Below are positions 48,937-62,083 of a stretch of DNA of 64,000 nucleotides, piece after piece. This DNA is from Squalus acanthias (Eukaryota): NCBI GenBank assembly GCA_030390025.1, contig JASTWF010000180.1, positions 124,001 to 188,000 on the forward strand, given 5' to 3'. Positions within the stretch are counted from its first letter, which is position 1. Every line of letters starts with the position of its first letter. The position numbers and the translations under genes were made by a program. Under the pieces are notes generated by a model that was given only the letters and a program-made list of their open reading frames with translations, was not told the origin of the DNA and did no database searches.

Positions 48937-51206
48937 AAATAAAAACAGTAAATGCTGGAAATACTCAGATGGTGAAGCAGCATCTATGGAGAAAGAAACA
49001 GAGTTAACGTTTCATTCACTTTGCTTCCAATATCCACCCTTCCCTCACCATCACATGGACCATCTCCGACTCCTCCCTTCCCTTCCTCGACTTCTCTGTG
49101 TCCATCTCTGGGGATAAGCTATTGCCAAACATTCGCTACAAGCCCACTGACTCCCGCAGCTACCTGGACTACACTTCCTCCCACCCCGATTCCTGTAAGG
49201 ACTCTATTCCATCTCTCAGTTTCTCCATCTCCACCACATCTGCTCTGACGATGCCACCTTCCATACCAATGCTTCTGACATGTCTTCCTTTTTCCTCAAC
49301 CGAGGATTCCCCTCTACAGTGTTTGACACGGCCCTTGACCATGTCAGTTCCACTTCCCGCACTTCTGCTCTCACACCTTCCCCTCCCTCCCGGAAACACG
49401 ATAGGGTTCCCCTTGTCGTCACATTTCACCCCACCAGCCTCCACATTCAACGGATCATCCTCCGGATTTTCCGCCACCTCCAGCGTGATCCCACCACCAA
49501 ACACATCTTCCCCTCACCTCCGTTTTCAGCATTCCGAAGGGACCGCTCCCTCTGCAACACCCTGGTTCACTCCTCTGTCACCCACAGTACTCCTTCCTCT
49601 TCGCCCGGCACCTTCCTGTGCAAGTGCAGGTGATGCAACACCTGCCCTTTTACCTCCACTGTCCAGAGCCCCAAACAATCCTTTCAGGTGAAACAGCGAT
49701 TTACTTGTACTTCTTGCAATTTAGTATACAGTATTCGCTGCTCACGATGCGGTCTCATCTCCATTGGGGAGAGCAAACGTAGATTGGGTGACCGCTTTGG
49801 GGAACACCTCCATTCAGTCCGTAAGGGTGACCCCGAGCATCCAGACGCCTGTCACTTTAAATCTCCGCTCCACTCCCACTCAGATCTCACACCATCGGCC
49901 TCTTAGACTGTTCCAATGAAGCTCAGCGTAAGCTCGAGGAACAACACTTCATCTTTCGATTAGGAGCTTTATATCCTGCTGGACTCAAAATAGAGTTCAA
50001 CAATTTCAGACCATAACCTCAGTCCCTATCCTTTTTCCCCCATTTTTCCCCTCTCTCCCACATAGCAGCCATCTTTCATTCTGCCAGTGCCTTTTACACT
50101 TCATCTAGAGCCATCTTTTGTTTCTCAACTTGTCCCATTACCATCTACTTTTGCCCTGCAAAATCTCTTAATTTATCTTAATGGCCCAGAAATTTGACTC
50201 GGAGGCTTGCCGCGGGGGTAAGGATCCCCCGCGTTGTCACACACCGCACCGGCCATTGTGTTTCGGGCCCACACGAACTTCAGCTCCCGGGCCTCTCACT
50301 GGTGCCGGCGCGCAGTGTGTGCGTGTCCCAGAGGCGCAGTTAGTTCGATGCGACCTCTGGGATCACGTGGGACATGGAAAGCCAATGGCAGCACACCATC
50401 TTTCATTCATAGATTTGACATGAGAACTGTCAAACCTATGAATACAAATTTCCCCCAAAAGAGCAGCTAAACCTCAAATAAATTTAAAAAAACATCACAT
50501 TAATAAAATAACTATAGTTAAATAAATTAATCACTTTAAACAAAAATTTTAATTTTTGCAATAATTTAAATTCTTTTTAAAAGTTATAAAAATAAACTTA
50601 CCTTTCTTTAAAGTCTCTAAAACTGAGAAACCTGTTGAAATTTTTTTTAAATAATGCTTAATTAACTACTTACCTTGTTAAAAGGGGGTCTTACGCCTCC
50701 TTTTTTCATGTGTAAAATCTTCCATACTTCCCTTCGGGTTGAAACCAGAAAAAAAACCTAAGTGTGCTGCGTGCGCACAGCCTGTAGTGCGCACGCGGTT
50801 CACTTAGGAACCGCCCCCTTCCCCATGCCGGAAGTGCCGGTTTCCCGCGCATGCGCAGTGCATGCAGGAAATCGGCTCTTCGGGAATGAATACGCGAGAG
50901 TACACAGTGCGTACTCTTCCCGTATTCAGCCGAATTTTTGGGCCAATGTCTCTTAATCTCTCCTGCCTTCCATCTTATCACAGACTTTTCCTTTTGTTGT
51001 TTCCTCCCCTTTCCGCTTTCCCGGCCCCTACACTTGCTTAACAGCTGTTACATCTCCAGCTTTTTCCATTTCTTACGAAGGGTCATTCACCTAAAACGTT
51101 AACTCTGTTTCTCTCTCTGCAGAGGCTGCCTGACCTGCTGAGTATTTCCAGCATTTTCTGTTTTTATTTCAGAATTCCAGCATCCGCAGTATTTTGCTTT
51201 TGTATT
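48937..51206 (+). mobile_element. Penelope-like element with inverted 5' pLTR fragment and 13-bp TSD; interrupted by a MITE
   Basis: AAATAATGACCGG at 48924-48936 and 51207-51219 (single copy at the empty sites about 10798 and 58293). GIY-YIG remnant NLVYSIRCSRCGLISIGESKR. 48937-49013 is the reverse complement of the 3' terminus. Confidence 0.9.
50182..50945. mobile_element. MITE related to 7855-8601, nested in the Penelope-like element
   Basis: TGGCCCAGAAATT ... AATTTTTGGGCCA termini and a shared AT-rich core. Absent from the paralog at about 24170. Confidence 0.8.
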
Positions 51207-51763
51207 AAATAATGACCGGGTTTATTCAGCTCCAATCTAGAGTATTAAGACACAATATCCGGCACACGGTTTATTTCTTATATGATCAATAAACCCCAAA
51301 TCCGCTCAATGACCATATTCTCAACCGGATTGAACAAAATTCGCCATCAGAGGGCGCCAAACTAAAGCATGGTAATTAGAAAGCCAGGTGATGTTAACAC
51401 GAAAGCCAATCACGATGGAAGCCTGAGTGAGGTCACAATGGGGCCGCCCCCTGCAGTGTGCGGGTGGAACAATGAGCTGAACAGGCCCCGGGTTACCGCT
51501 CTCCTTCTCAATCTCTGCTTTCATTTCATTCCAAGAGATATAATCAGACATGTTTCTCATAATACTGGCGGCTGTGATGGACACCGAGTGCTAGATTATA
51601 TTTAAAAAACACAGGTCAGCAGATTGATGAAAAGAGTTTGTTCAGGGAATCAGAAATATCCATATAAAGGACAGTTGGATACATGGGAAGTTACACTCAG
51701 ACAGATAGACGCAAGTTTAACTCGATTCTGTATAACCTCCTGCTCTCCTGTTCCCCTATATGA

Positions 51764-52050
51764 GGCGAACTGTATGCAGATCCACTCACCCAGTCTCCGG
51801 TGGCAATTGCCGTGTCAGCAGGGTATTCGGTTCAGTTAGATTGCGAATATAGAACCCTGGATATTGACGACAGGCAATGGTACCGACAGAACCCGGCACA
51901 GACTCCAACCCGGATAATTAGCAAAGTAGCAGCACTGAAGGGAATCGAAATCACAGGACAATGTCTGAAGGCTGTTGGCAAGTCTAGAAAGCATGGTCAC
52001 CTCAAAAAAAGCGGCCTGAGTGTGGGGCGGTCCATTACTGTGTAGTGAGG
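51764..52050 (+). pseudogene. Family-F V segment (FR3 deletion, heptamer lost)
   Basis: SVQLDCEYRTLDIDDRQWYRQNP. Heptamer position reads TACAACG. Confidence 0.82.
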
Positions 52051-52373
52051 TACAACGTTAAATAAAAGCAAATGCCCTGTAAAAATACTGAGCGTGTATT
52101 TATAGCTCCATTCGGTCTGGATAGTAAAAGTTAGCCGGCCTTTGGTGAGCTGCTATCGGGTTAGCGAGGCACCAGTTTCAGTCTTTTTACCAATAACCTG
52201 CTGATGGGCTTTACCTCAAACGGGAATATTGACTCAAATTCAAACAGATGCGTGAGACGAGGTTTCAGGGAACACCTTCAACCAGCCATTGTTGACAACT
52301 ATTTTCCAATATTTCAAGCGTAACTTTACATCCTCCTTCTTTCTTTCTACTATACATTTTTCCCATCTAATCA

Positions 52374-52419
<46 letters not shown>

Positions 52420-53337
52420 GTGTGTGTGTGTGTGATTGAGAGAGATAGAGACAACCACACAGAGGCACGAAGACACACAGAACACTCTGGACAATTTCCG
52501 AGGAACAAACTGCTGCATTATCTCTTCGTACATGATTGCATACATTCTGTGGGACACAGCCTTCCTGTCTAAATCGAGATTCACAAAAAAGAATGAATAT
52601 TCAGCTGAAAATAAGAAATTTAGTGGGCTATAGGGAAACAGCAGTAGAGTGTCACAAATGAAAAAGCCGACACAAGCACGATGGGCCGAATGGCCTCCTT
52701 CTTTGCTGCATGATTTATGGAACGAGCAGCGAGTGAAATTGAAAGACACACTAGGAGGCGAATTTGACCCAGGAGGACAGGCATCGTGTAGTTTCAGGCT
52801 CTGACCACTTGGTGGCTCCGTGGAGCGAAGTTCTGCAGTCTCTCGGTCGCTATTTCCTACTTTAAAATCATACTTACTCTCCCCGATAATGCTAAGGGCA
52901 GCTCAGTATTGTTTATATAAAATGCCACAGCTACATTCAATTAACTAAATAACTTATGAAGGGGACAATTTCCCTGTTCACTGAGTGTAGCGAAGGGTAA
53001 ATCCTTCCACGAAGAATTCCTCTGGTCGCTCTCGCTAAATGAACCTTTAACAAATTAAGTTGTTCAAAAAGAAACAGTTGCTGATTTGCCAAGAAATGAC
53101 GACCAGAGGAATCTCCATTGAAAATTTCGAATGTTGCTGCACACACAGTGACCAGAGCAATTCTCCCCGCTCCCTGATGGTGTGAAATTATCACAAACGG
53201 ATGTGACATGGTTGTAGAGTCACTTCCCTTTCTATGCTTCTAACAGGGTTAAATAGTTCAGCCTGGTCCGGTACTGGTGGCAGTTTTTGCTACAGTAGTG
53301 AAGTGGTCGATGCTCATATTGTGACCCCCGGACAGCG

Positions 53338-53780
53338 ATGTGTTTCCCTATCTATTTCAGTGTGATGTTGGCGCTCTCTGTGCTGTGCAATTACATTGTG
53401 AATCCGAGAACAAAAGGCACCAATAGGTCCGGTTAGAGGGGCGGATATTTGGAAATGTTCAATTTCTCTTCCAGCCAACTGCTTTGGCGGCGTGATCGTG
53501 CATCAAGACTATTCGACGAGGACTATGGGGGAAGGAGAAGCGTTGACGCTGAATTGTAGCTTCAAACAACATATACAAACCCTGAGCTTTTCTAGTACCG
53601 GCAGCTTCCCGGTCGCGCCCCAGTAAACGTGTTGCTTATCACCAATAACAACACGTTGCCAGGCGACTTCGCCAAGGACCGTTTTACAGCAGAGCTGAGC
53701 GCAGAAGGGAGCGCGGTTCGGTTGAGAGTTTCTGGGGCGGAGCTGTCAGACGGCGCCGTGTATTACTGCGCGCTGAGACC
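53338..53780 (+). pseudogene. Family-A V segment (-1 frameshift, Trp>TAG, GC donor)
   Basis: Leader 53338-53386. V exon 53475-53780. RSS CACAGCT(53781)-23-ACAAAAACT. Confidence 0.88.
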
Positions 53781-54762
53781 CACAGCTGCACAGCTCTGTG
53801 CCCGTCCTTTACAAAAACTGCAGCACACCGCGTGTAAATAGAACAGTGTGTGGCCGGAATACCCGCCTGTGATGGTCTGATTAGGACAGTTACTGTCAGG
53901 ACAGAATATTCCCACAGGTCAGCTCACAAGAACGCTAAATAGAGGAGTATGGATTTAAATTTCATTCACTCTATAATGAGGGATAAACAGGAGGAAACGC
54001 GCGCAGGTTTAACAGGCCAATGCACAGTGTAATATCTGTTCAATTTCAAGTTACCCTCTTCACTGCCGCTATGTTTTTTTCATTTTCACAACCCTTAAAC
54101 CAGCACAGAAGTGTGTAGCTTTGCTTAAGTTTAGGAATATATTCAATGGGCTCTAAAACTTCCCCTTTCAGAGTGTTGGTTTAATTTCTTTCGGTCTGTG
54201 ACAGCTCACCGAGAACAATAATTTCATTCTCCTGTAACATCCGTGTTTACACCGAGGTGTCCGCTCTGTGCGGTAGAATTCCTCTGGCCGCTTCTAGTGA
54301 ACGCGTTCTAAAAGAATGAATGCCGATTCTGCAAATCTGGCGATCAGACGAGATTTACTGCTGTGTTTGTCTGTCTCTCAGGTCAATTAGAGATCAAGCT
54401 GTCTCTAGAGTCAATTAGAGATCAAGTTGTCTCTCAGGTCAATTAGAGATCAAGCTCTCTCTGAGCTAACTTTGAGATCAAGCTGTCTCTCAGGTCAATC
54501 AGAGATCAAGCTGTGTCTTTTTCTTAGTCTTTCTTGCTCTGATCAGCGGAATGAAACGTTAATGTCTCAGTTCTCTGAAACAAACTAGTGGTTAAAGACG
54601 TGATATCAGACCAGACCCAACCGGTGCTCTCAGCTCTTTCTGATTGATATTCTGCAGGAAATGACGGCAGTCCAGCCCGAGGCGATGCGCCCAGCTCTTT
54701 CTATTTGATGTTCTGCAGGTTCCTGAGACACAAAAAGTCCCTCCAATTCCGGAGCAGCAGCA

Positions 54763-55825
54763 ATGCGGCTCCCCATTCTCGCTGTGCTGTGGGTGACATT
54801 CCTTCTCGGTAAGAAGTTTATAACTTTAAAAAGGAATTCATTTCCAGAGGAATACAATTGAAAGGCAGAGCGATTGCAGTAAACTTGTATCGAACCTTGG
54901 TTAGACCAGACTTGGAGAAATGTACACAGTTCTGGTCTTCATATTACACAAAGACATGGAGGCTCCAGAGAAAATGCAACAAAAATTCATAAGAACGATA
55001 CCAGAACTGAGCGATTATAACTTCAGGAAAGATTCAACCGGCTTGGCCTCTTTACTCCAGCTTAGTCGCGACCCGATAGAGGTCTTTAAAATTACGAAGG
55101 TGATTGATCGGGTAGACGTAGAGATTATCTTCCACTTGTGGTGGAGTCCAAAACTCGGCGGCAGAAATATTAGACAATCACAAAAAAATCAAATAAGAAT
55201 TTCAGGAGACAATTCATTACTAAGGTTGGAATGTGAAACTCGCTAACACAAGGTGTCGTTGAGACGAACAGCATAGATGCGTTTTAGGGAAAGTTAGATA
55301 AACGCATGAGGGAGAAAGGATTAGAAGGATATGCTGATAGGGGGAGATAAAGAAGGCTCGTGTGGAGCATAAACATCGGCATAGACCAGCTGGGCCGAAT
55401 GATCTACTTCTGTTCTGTAAATTCTATTGAATTTTATGTTAAAATCACCACGCATTTTCACCGTCAGTTGGTTAAATTTGAAACTTTAATCGATGATTTC
55501 CTTTTCTATAACCGTGTGTTCCAGATCTGAGCGTTGGAAATTCTGTCACTCAGCGGGTGCCCTCGCTCACACAGACAGAGGGAGAAGATGCCACTTTAAC
55601 CTGCACCTATTCCGGCGATGGTTACTTATTCTGGTACCGCCAATATCCAGGCAGACAGCCCGAGTTTGCAGTCCGGAGGTACACGGACGGCAGTACTGAA
55701 AATAAGGCGGATTTCGCTCAAGGCCGTTTTTCTGATGCAGTCCAGCAGTCAGAGAAGTTGTACCGATTGAGCATTTCGGGGCTGCGGCTGACTGACACCG
55801 CGGTGTATTACTGTGCACTGAGCCT
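54763..55825 (+). CDS. TCR alpha/delta-type V segment, family B copy 5 (apparently functional; one-codon CDR1 deletion)
   Basis: Leader 54763-54808 (MRLPILAVLWVTFLL, GTAAGA donor). V exon 55525-55825 is open. RSS CACAGTG(55826)-23-ACAATAACT. Confidence 0.9.
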
Positions 55826-56359
55826 CACAGTGATGGGAACGAGCTAAAGCCTCGTACAATAACTGCCGCAGGTTTCTGTGTCACAGCTGCTGTCTGTTGT
55901 TGGCTGTTTATCACAGCGGGTCAGACACTGACTCGTGAATACATTCCTGTGCGCGCGGACCCCCAGCAGAATCCACATCAAACTCATATATAACCGTTCA
56001 CATCGAATACTGATTCCGTCTGATTATTGTATTAGCTGCGCGAGGTCAGCATTGGCTGCAGTTTATTTGTGTATCTCTGGGAACTCGCCAGTCCCATTGA
56101 GAATAAACTCACCTGCGGGTAATGGAACAGGTTATATCGATGCACCGCTGCTTCGGATATAACGCACGGCAAGCGGAAAAATAATGATTGGTTTAAAATA
56201 TCAATCTACAGTGTAGACAGAGATAGGTCGGGTACGGAAGTTCCCAATAATTCTAATAACGATAATAAACAATTCTCAATATTAAAGACACTTACACTTA
56301 TTAACGTTAATAATCTTCCATATTCGCAGGTTCCAGGATGTCACATTCAGTACAAAATT

Positions 56360-57510
56360 AGAACGTATGAAATAGGAGCAGGAATAGGTCATTTGGCCCT
56401 TCGAACTTGCTCCGCATTCAACAAGATCATGGCTAATCTTGTACCTGAACTCCATTTCCCGCACTTACCCCATGTCCCTTAATTCCGTTCCTTCCCCAAA
56501 AATGTATCGACCTCTGTCTTAAATATACTCAACGACCGAGCATCCACAGCTCTCAGTCCTAAATGTCCAACCGCTTATTCTGTGACTGTGAGCCCGTGTT
56601 CTAGATTCCCCAGCCAAGGGAAACATTTTCCCAGCATTAACCCTGTCAAGGCCCTTAAGAATTTTATACGTTTAAATTAGATCACCTCTCATTCTTCTAA
56701 ACTCTAAGGAATATAGGCCAGTCTATTCAATCTCTCCTCATTGGGCATCCTCTTATCCCACGTACCAGTCGAGTGAACCTTCACTGCCGTCCCTCTGAGG
56801 CAATTATGTTTTTCCTTATGTAAGGAGACCAAATTTGTACACAGTACACCAGGGGTGGCCTCACCAATTCCCTGTTTAATTGTACCAGGGACTTCTTTAC
56901 ACGTATACTCTAATCCCTTTGTAACAAAGGCTAACATACCATTCGTAATTGCTTGCTGTACCTGAGTGTTAACTTTCTGTGATTCATGTACAAGGACACC
57001 CAGGTCCCTCTGAGTGCAAACATTTCCCAGCCACTAACCATTGAAAAAATATTCTGCTTTTTTGTTTTTCCTACCTAAGTGGTTAACTTCACAATTCCCC
57101 ACATTGTATTCCATTTGCCATGTTCTTGCCCACTCAGTCAACCGATCTATATCTCGTTTATTCCTACTCTCTGTTTTCTATCCAATAACCATTTCTCAAT
57201 TCATGCTAATATATTACCCCAATACCTTGAGTCCTAATTTTGTGTAATAACCTCTTGTGTGTCACCTTATTGAATGCTTTTTTGAAAATCCAAATACATT
57301 GCATCCACTTATCCATCCAACTCGTTAAATCTTCAAAAACCAGATTTGTCAAACACGACTTCCCCTTCATAAAACCGAGTTGACTTTGCCTAATTATATT
57401 ATGATTTTCCAAGTGCCCTAATAATAGATTCTAGCATTTTGCCTACTACTGATGTCAGGCTAACTGGCCTACAGTTCCCCATTTTTCTCTTTCTCCTTTC
57501 TTAAATAGCC
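56360..57510 (-). mobile_element. Degenerate CR1 fragment (paralog of 8780-10015)
   Basis: GFMKGKSCLTNL and KAFNKVTHKRLL remnants. Confidence 0.85.
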
Positions 57511-57594
57511 GATGAACACACATTAATCGACTAATAATCTGTAGGACAGATGTGGTGTGTTCTATGTACCAGACCAGACAGTCAGAAGACTGTG

Positions 57595-57894
57595 ACTGTG
57601 TCTGCTGACTGTGCCAATACACATAATGTGCAGCACCGCTTGTTTTCAAGATGTGGGCTAGTGTGACATTACTTTCCTCCTCAACCGTCATTTCAGGATC
57701 CGGCTGTTTCACTGTGTCTTGGTGGCTCCATTCTGACATAAAATATTAGTAATAGTGATTATCATCACCAACATCACTGGGCTAATAATAACAGCTGGGT
57801 TGTAGCATTCAGGGGTGTATTGATTTTTATTGGGAAGGAAATACTTACTGAGAAGTGATATAATGATGAGGAGCGGTGCGAGACAGGTTCCTAA
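57595..57894 (-). pseudogene. Family-E V relic (paralog of 10105-10401)
   Basis: WSHQDTVKQPDPEMTVEEESNVTLAHI. Leader ATG lost, 3' part truncated. Confidence 0.8.
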
Positions 57895-58855
57895 TGCTGG
57901 TCCCTGCGCCTGTAACTCTGCAGTCCGGGAAATCCTCTGTCGGAGCAGAAGTACAGATCCTGTATCCCAATGCACTGCTGATCACACCAATGCCAAACAG
58001 GGAACAGCGGCAACAATCTATCCAATAACACAGGGCAGACAAGGCGGGTCAGAGCGAGAGCAGGAAACGGAAGCTGTGGGCGGGGCTGCAGAAGACACAA
58101 CATTGAGCGAAACCAAGTCTCTGTTTCACGCCAGAAAGTGCGCGGCGCCGCTCAGCTGCACTCGGAGCTGATGGAGCGGAAAGTGGGATGGTTGTGTCTC
58201 GAGAATTCTGTGTTCAAACTGCTCCTGTTCACTGAGCAAGTGACTGAGAATAAATAAAGGTGGAGGGAAATGAAGGGCTTCCATTGCTTCAGAAATAATG
58301 ACCGGGTTTAATCAGTTCCAATCTAGAATTTTGAGACAAAATATCTGGCACACGTTATTTTTATATATGATCAATAGACCCTAAATCCCCGCAATGACCT
58401 TATTCCAAATCGGATTGAACAAAATGCGCCAGCAGTGGGCGGCAAACACAAGCATGGTAATTAGAGTGTCACGTGATGCAAACAACAAGATCAATAACGA
58501 TCGAAGCCTGAGTGAGGTCACAATGGGGCCGTCCCCTGCAGTGTGCGGGTGGAAGAATGAGCTGAACAGGCCCCGGGGTACCGTTCTCCTTCTCAATCTC
58601 TGCATTATTCCATTCCAATAGATTTAATCAGACATGTTTCTCATAATACTGGCGGCTGTGATGGACAGTAAGTACTGGATTATATTTGAAAAATACAGGT
58701 CAGCAGATTAATGCAAAGTGTTGGTGCAGGGAATCAGAAATATCCATATGATTGACAGTTGGGTGCATGGGCGGTTACACACACTCACACAGATAGACGC
58801 AAATTTAAATAGACTCTGTTTCACCTCCTGGACTTCTGTTCCCCTATCTTCTCAG

Positions 58856-59147
58856 GCGGACTATGTGCAGATCCAGTAACTCAGTCTCCGGTGACAATTG
58901 CCGTGTCAGCAGGGTGTTCGGTGCAGTTAGATTGCGAATATACAACCCTGGATATTGACTACATGCAATGGTCCCGAAAGAACCCGGCACATACGCCCGC
59001 CAGATAATTAGAAAAGTAGCAGCACTGAACGGAGTCGAAATCACTGGACAATATCTGGCGGCTGTTGACAAGTCTAGAAAGCATGCTTACCTCAATATAA
59101 GCGGCCTGAGTGTGGGAGACGGGGCGGTCTATTACTGTGCAGTGAGG
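58856..59147 (+). pseudogene. Family-F V segment (frameshift in FR2)
   Basis: DPVTQSPVTIAVSAGCSVQLDCEY, then in a shifted frame AYLNISGLSVGDGAVYYCAVR. RSS CACCGCG(59148)-23-ACTAAAACT. Confidence 0.87.
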
Positions 59148-60456
59148 CACCGCGTCAGATAAAAGGAAAGGCCCCGTACTAAAACTGAGCGAGTATTTAC
59201 AGCTCCATTGGTTCTGGATGGAAACATTTAACCGGCCTTTGGTGCTCGGCCATCGGGTTAGCGAGGCACCAGTCTCTGTCTCTTTACCAATAACCCGGTG
59301 ATGGTCTGTATCTCAAACGGGAATATTGACTCAAATTCAAGCAGAAGCGTGAGGCGTGGTAACCGGGAACACCTTCAACCGGCCATTGTTTATAACTATT
59401 TTCCAATATTACAAGCGTAACTTTACATCCTCCTTCTTTCTTTCTGTTATTGAATTTCTCCATTTAATTATCTCTCATATATATATAAATTTATATATAG
59501 ATATAAATATATATATATATATATATATCTGTGTGTGTGTGTCTGTGTGATTGAGAGAGATAGAGACAACCACAGAGAGGCGCGCGCACACACAGAACAC
59601 ACGGAGCAATTTCCGATGACAAAACTGCTGCATTATCTCTCTGTACATGATTGCAAACCTTCTGTAGGACACAGCCTTCCTTTCTAAATAGGGATTCACA
59701 AAAAGAATGGAGATTTAGCTGAAACGGAAACATTTAGAGGGCTATAGGGAAACAGCAGTTCAGTGGCACAAAACAAAGAGCCAACACTGGCATGCTGGAC
59801 CGAATGGCCTCCTTCTTTGCTGTATGATTTATGGAATGAGTAGAGAAGAAAAGTTAAAGAGACACTTGGGTGCGACTTGGATCCACGAGAACAGTGATCG
59901 TGTAGTTTCAGGCTCTGGCCACTTGGTGGCTTCGTGGAGCGAAGTTCTGTCGTCTCTCGGTTGCTATTTGCTATATTAAAATCATATTTACTCTCCCCGC
60001 TAATGCTACTGGCATCTCAGTACTGTCTATGTAAAATGCTACTGCTACATGCAATGAGCTAAATAACTAAGGAAGGGGGACAATATCCCTGTTTACTGAG
60101 TGCAGCGAATGGTATATCCTTCCACGAAGATTTCCACTGGTCGCTCTCTCTAAAGGAACGTTTAACAAATTAAGTTGTTGAAAAATAACGGGTTTCTGAC
60201 TTACATAGAAATACCGACCAGAGGAATCTACATTAAAACATTTCGGATGTTGCTGCACACACATCAGTGACCAGAGCTTTTCTCCACACTCCGTGATGGT
60301 GTGAAATTATCACAAACGGATGTGGCATGGTTGCAGAGTCACTTCCCTTTCTAAGCTTATCACAAGGTTAAATAGTTCAGCCTGATCCGGTACTGGTGGC
60401 AGTTTTTGCCACAGTAGTGAAGGGGTCGATGCTCATATTGTGAACCCCGGACAGCG

Positions 60457-60900
60457 ATGTGTTTCCCTGTTTATTTCAGTGTAGTGTTGGCGCTCTCTGT
60501 GCTGTGCAATTACATTGTGAATCCGAGCAGAAAAAACACCAATAGCTCCGGTTAGAGGGTCGGATATTTGGAAATGTTCAATTTCTCTTCCAGCCATCAA
60601 CGTTGGCGTCGAATCCGTGCATCAAGACTTTTCGACCAGGAAGGTGCGGGAAGGAGAATCGGTGACGCTGAATTGTAGTTTTACAACAACATATACAAAC
60701 CCTGAACTTTTCTGGTACCGGCAGATTCCCGGTCGCGCCCCAGTAAATCTGTTGTTTATCACCAAATACAACACCTTCCCAGCCGAAATCGCCAAGGACC
60801 ATTTCACAGCAGAGCTGAGCGCAGAGGAGAGCGCGGTTCGGCTGAGAGTTTCTGGGGCGGAGCTGTCAGACGGCGACGTGTATTACTGCGCTCTGAGACC
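60457..60900 (+). CDS. TCR alpha/delta-type V segment, family A copy 5 (open V exon; non-canonical GC leader donor)
   Basis: Leader 60457-60505 followed by GCAATT. V exon 60594-60900 is open with C, W and YYC. RSS CACAGCT(60901)-23-AGAAATACT. Confidence 0.82.
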
Positions 60901-62083
60901 CACAGCTGCACAGCTCTGTGCCCGTCCTGTAGAAATACTGCAGCAGACCGTATTTAAATAGAACAGTGTGTGGCCGGGATAGACGCCTGTGATGGTCTGA
61001 TTAGGACAGTTGCTGTCAGGACAGAATATTCCCACAGGGCAGCTCCCAGCAGCTCTGAATAGAGGAGTATGGTTTTAGAATCCATTCACTCGATAATGAG
61101 GGATGAACAGGAGGACACCCGCGCAGCTTTAATAGGCCAATGTACCGTATAATGTGTGTTCAATTGCAAGTTACTCTCTTCACTGCCGCTGTGTTTGTTT
61201 CATTTTCACACCCCTTAAACCAGCACAGAAGTGTACAGCTTTGCTTAGGTTGGAATTATATTCAAAGGGCTCTAAACCTTCCCTTTTCTGAGTGTTGGTT
61301 TAATTTCTGTCCGTGTGTGACGGCTCACCGAGAGTAATACTTCCATTCTCCTGTACCATACGTGTTTACACCGAGGTGTCCACTCTGAATGGTAGAATTC
61401 CTCTTGTCGCTACTTCTAGTGACATAGTGAACGCATTCTAAATGAATGAATGACGCTTCTACTAAACTAGCGATCAGACGAGATTTCCCGCTGTGTTTGG
61501 GATGTCGCTAACTCAGGGAGACCAGAGGAAATCTTCCCCTTGTGTGTCCCCAGCAGAAGGTTAATCAAACCCGACCTCCTGTCAACAACCTCAGTCTGAT
61601 TACTGACAGTGAGAGAAACAAACTGAACACCTTCATCTACATTCAAATAGTTTTTATCACTTTGAGGCTACTTTCCTCAGGTCAAGCTTTCTCTCAGGTC
61701 AATTAGAGATCAAGCTGTCTCTCGGGTCAATTAGAGATTAAGCTGTTTCTCAGGTAAATTAGAGATCAAGGTGTACCTTTTTCTTAATCTTTCTTGCCCT
61801 GATCAGAAGGATGCGACGTTAATTTCTCAGTTCTCTTAAATAATAAAGTTGTTAAAGACGTGACATCAGACCCGCCCCAACCGGTGCTCTCAGTTCTTTC
61901 TGCTTGCTGTTCTGCACGAGGTGACGTCAGACCAGCCCCAACCGGTGCTCTCAGCTCTTTCTACTTCATGTTCTGCAGGAAGTGACATCAGACCAGTCCC
62001 AGCTGGTGCTCTCGGCTCTTTCTATTTGATGTTCTGTCGGTTCCTGAGACACAAAAGTACCCTCCAATTCCGGAGCAGCAAAA

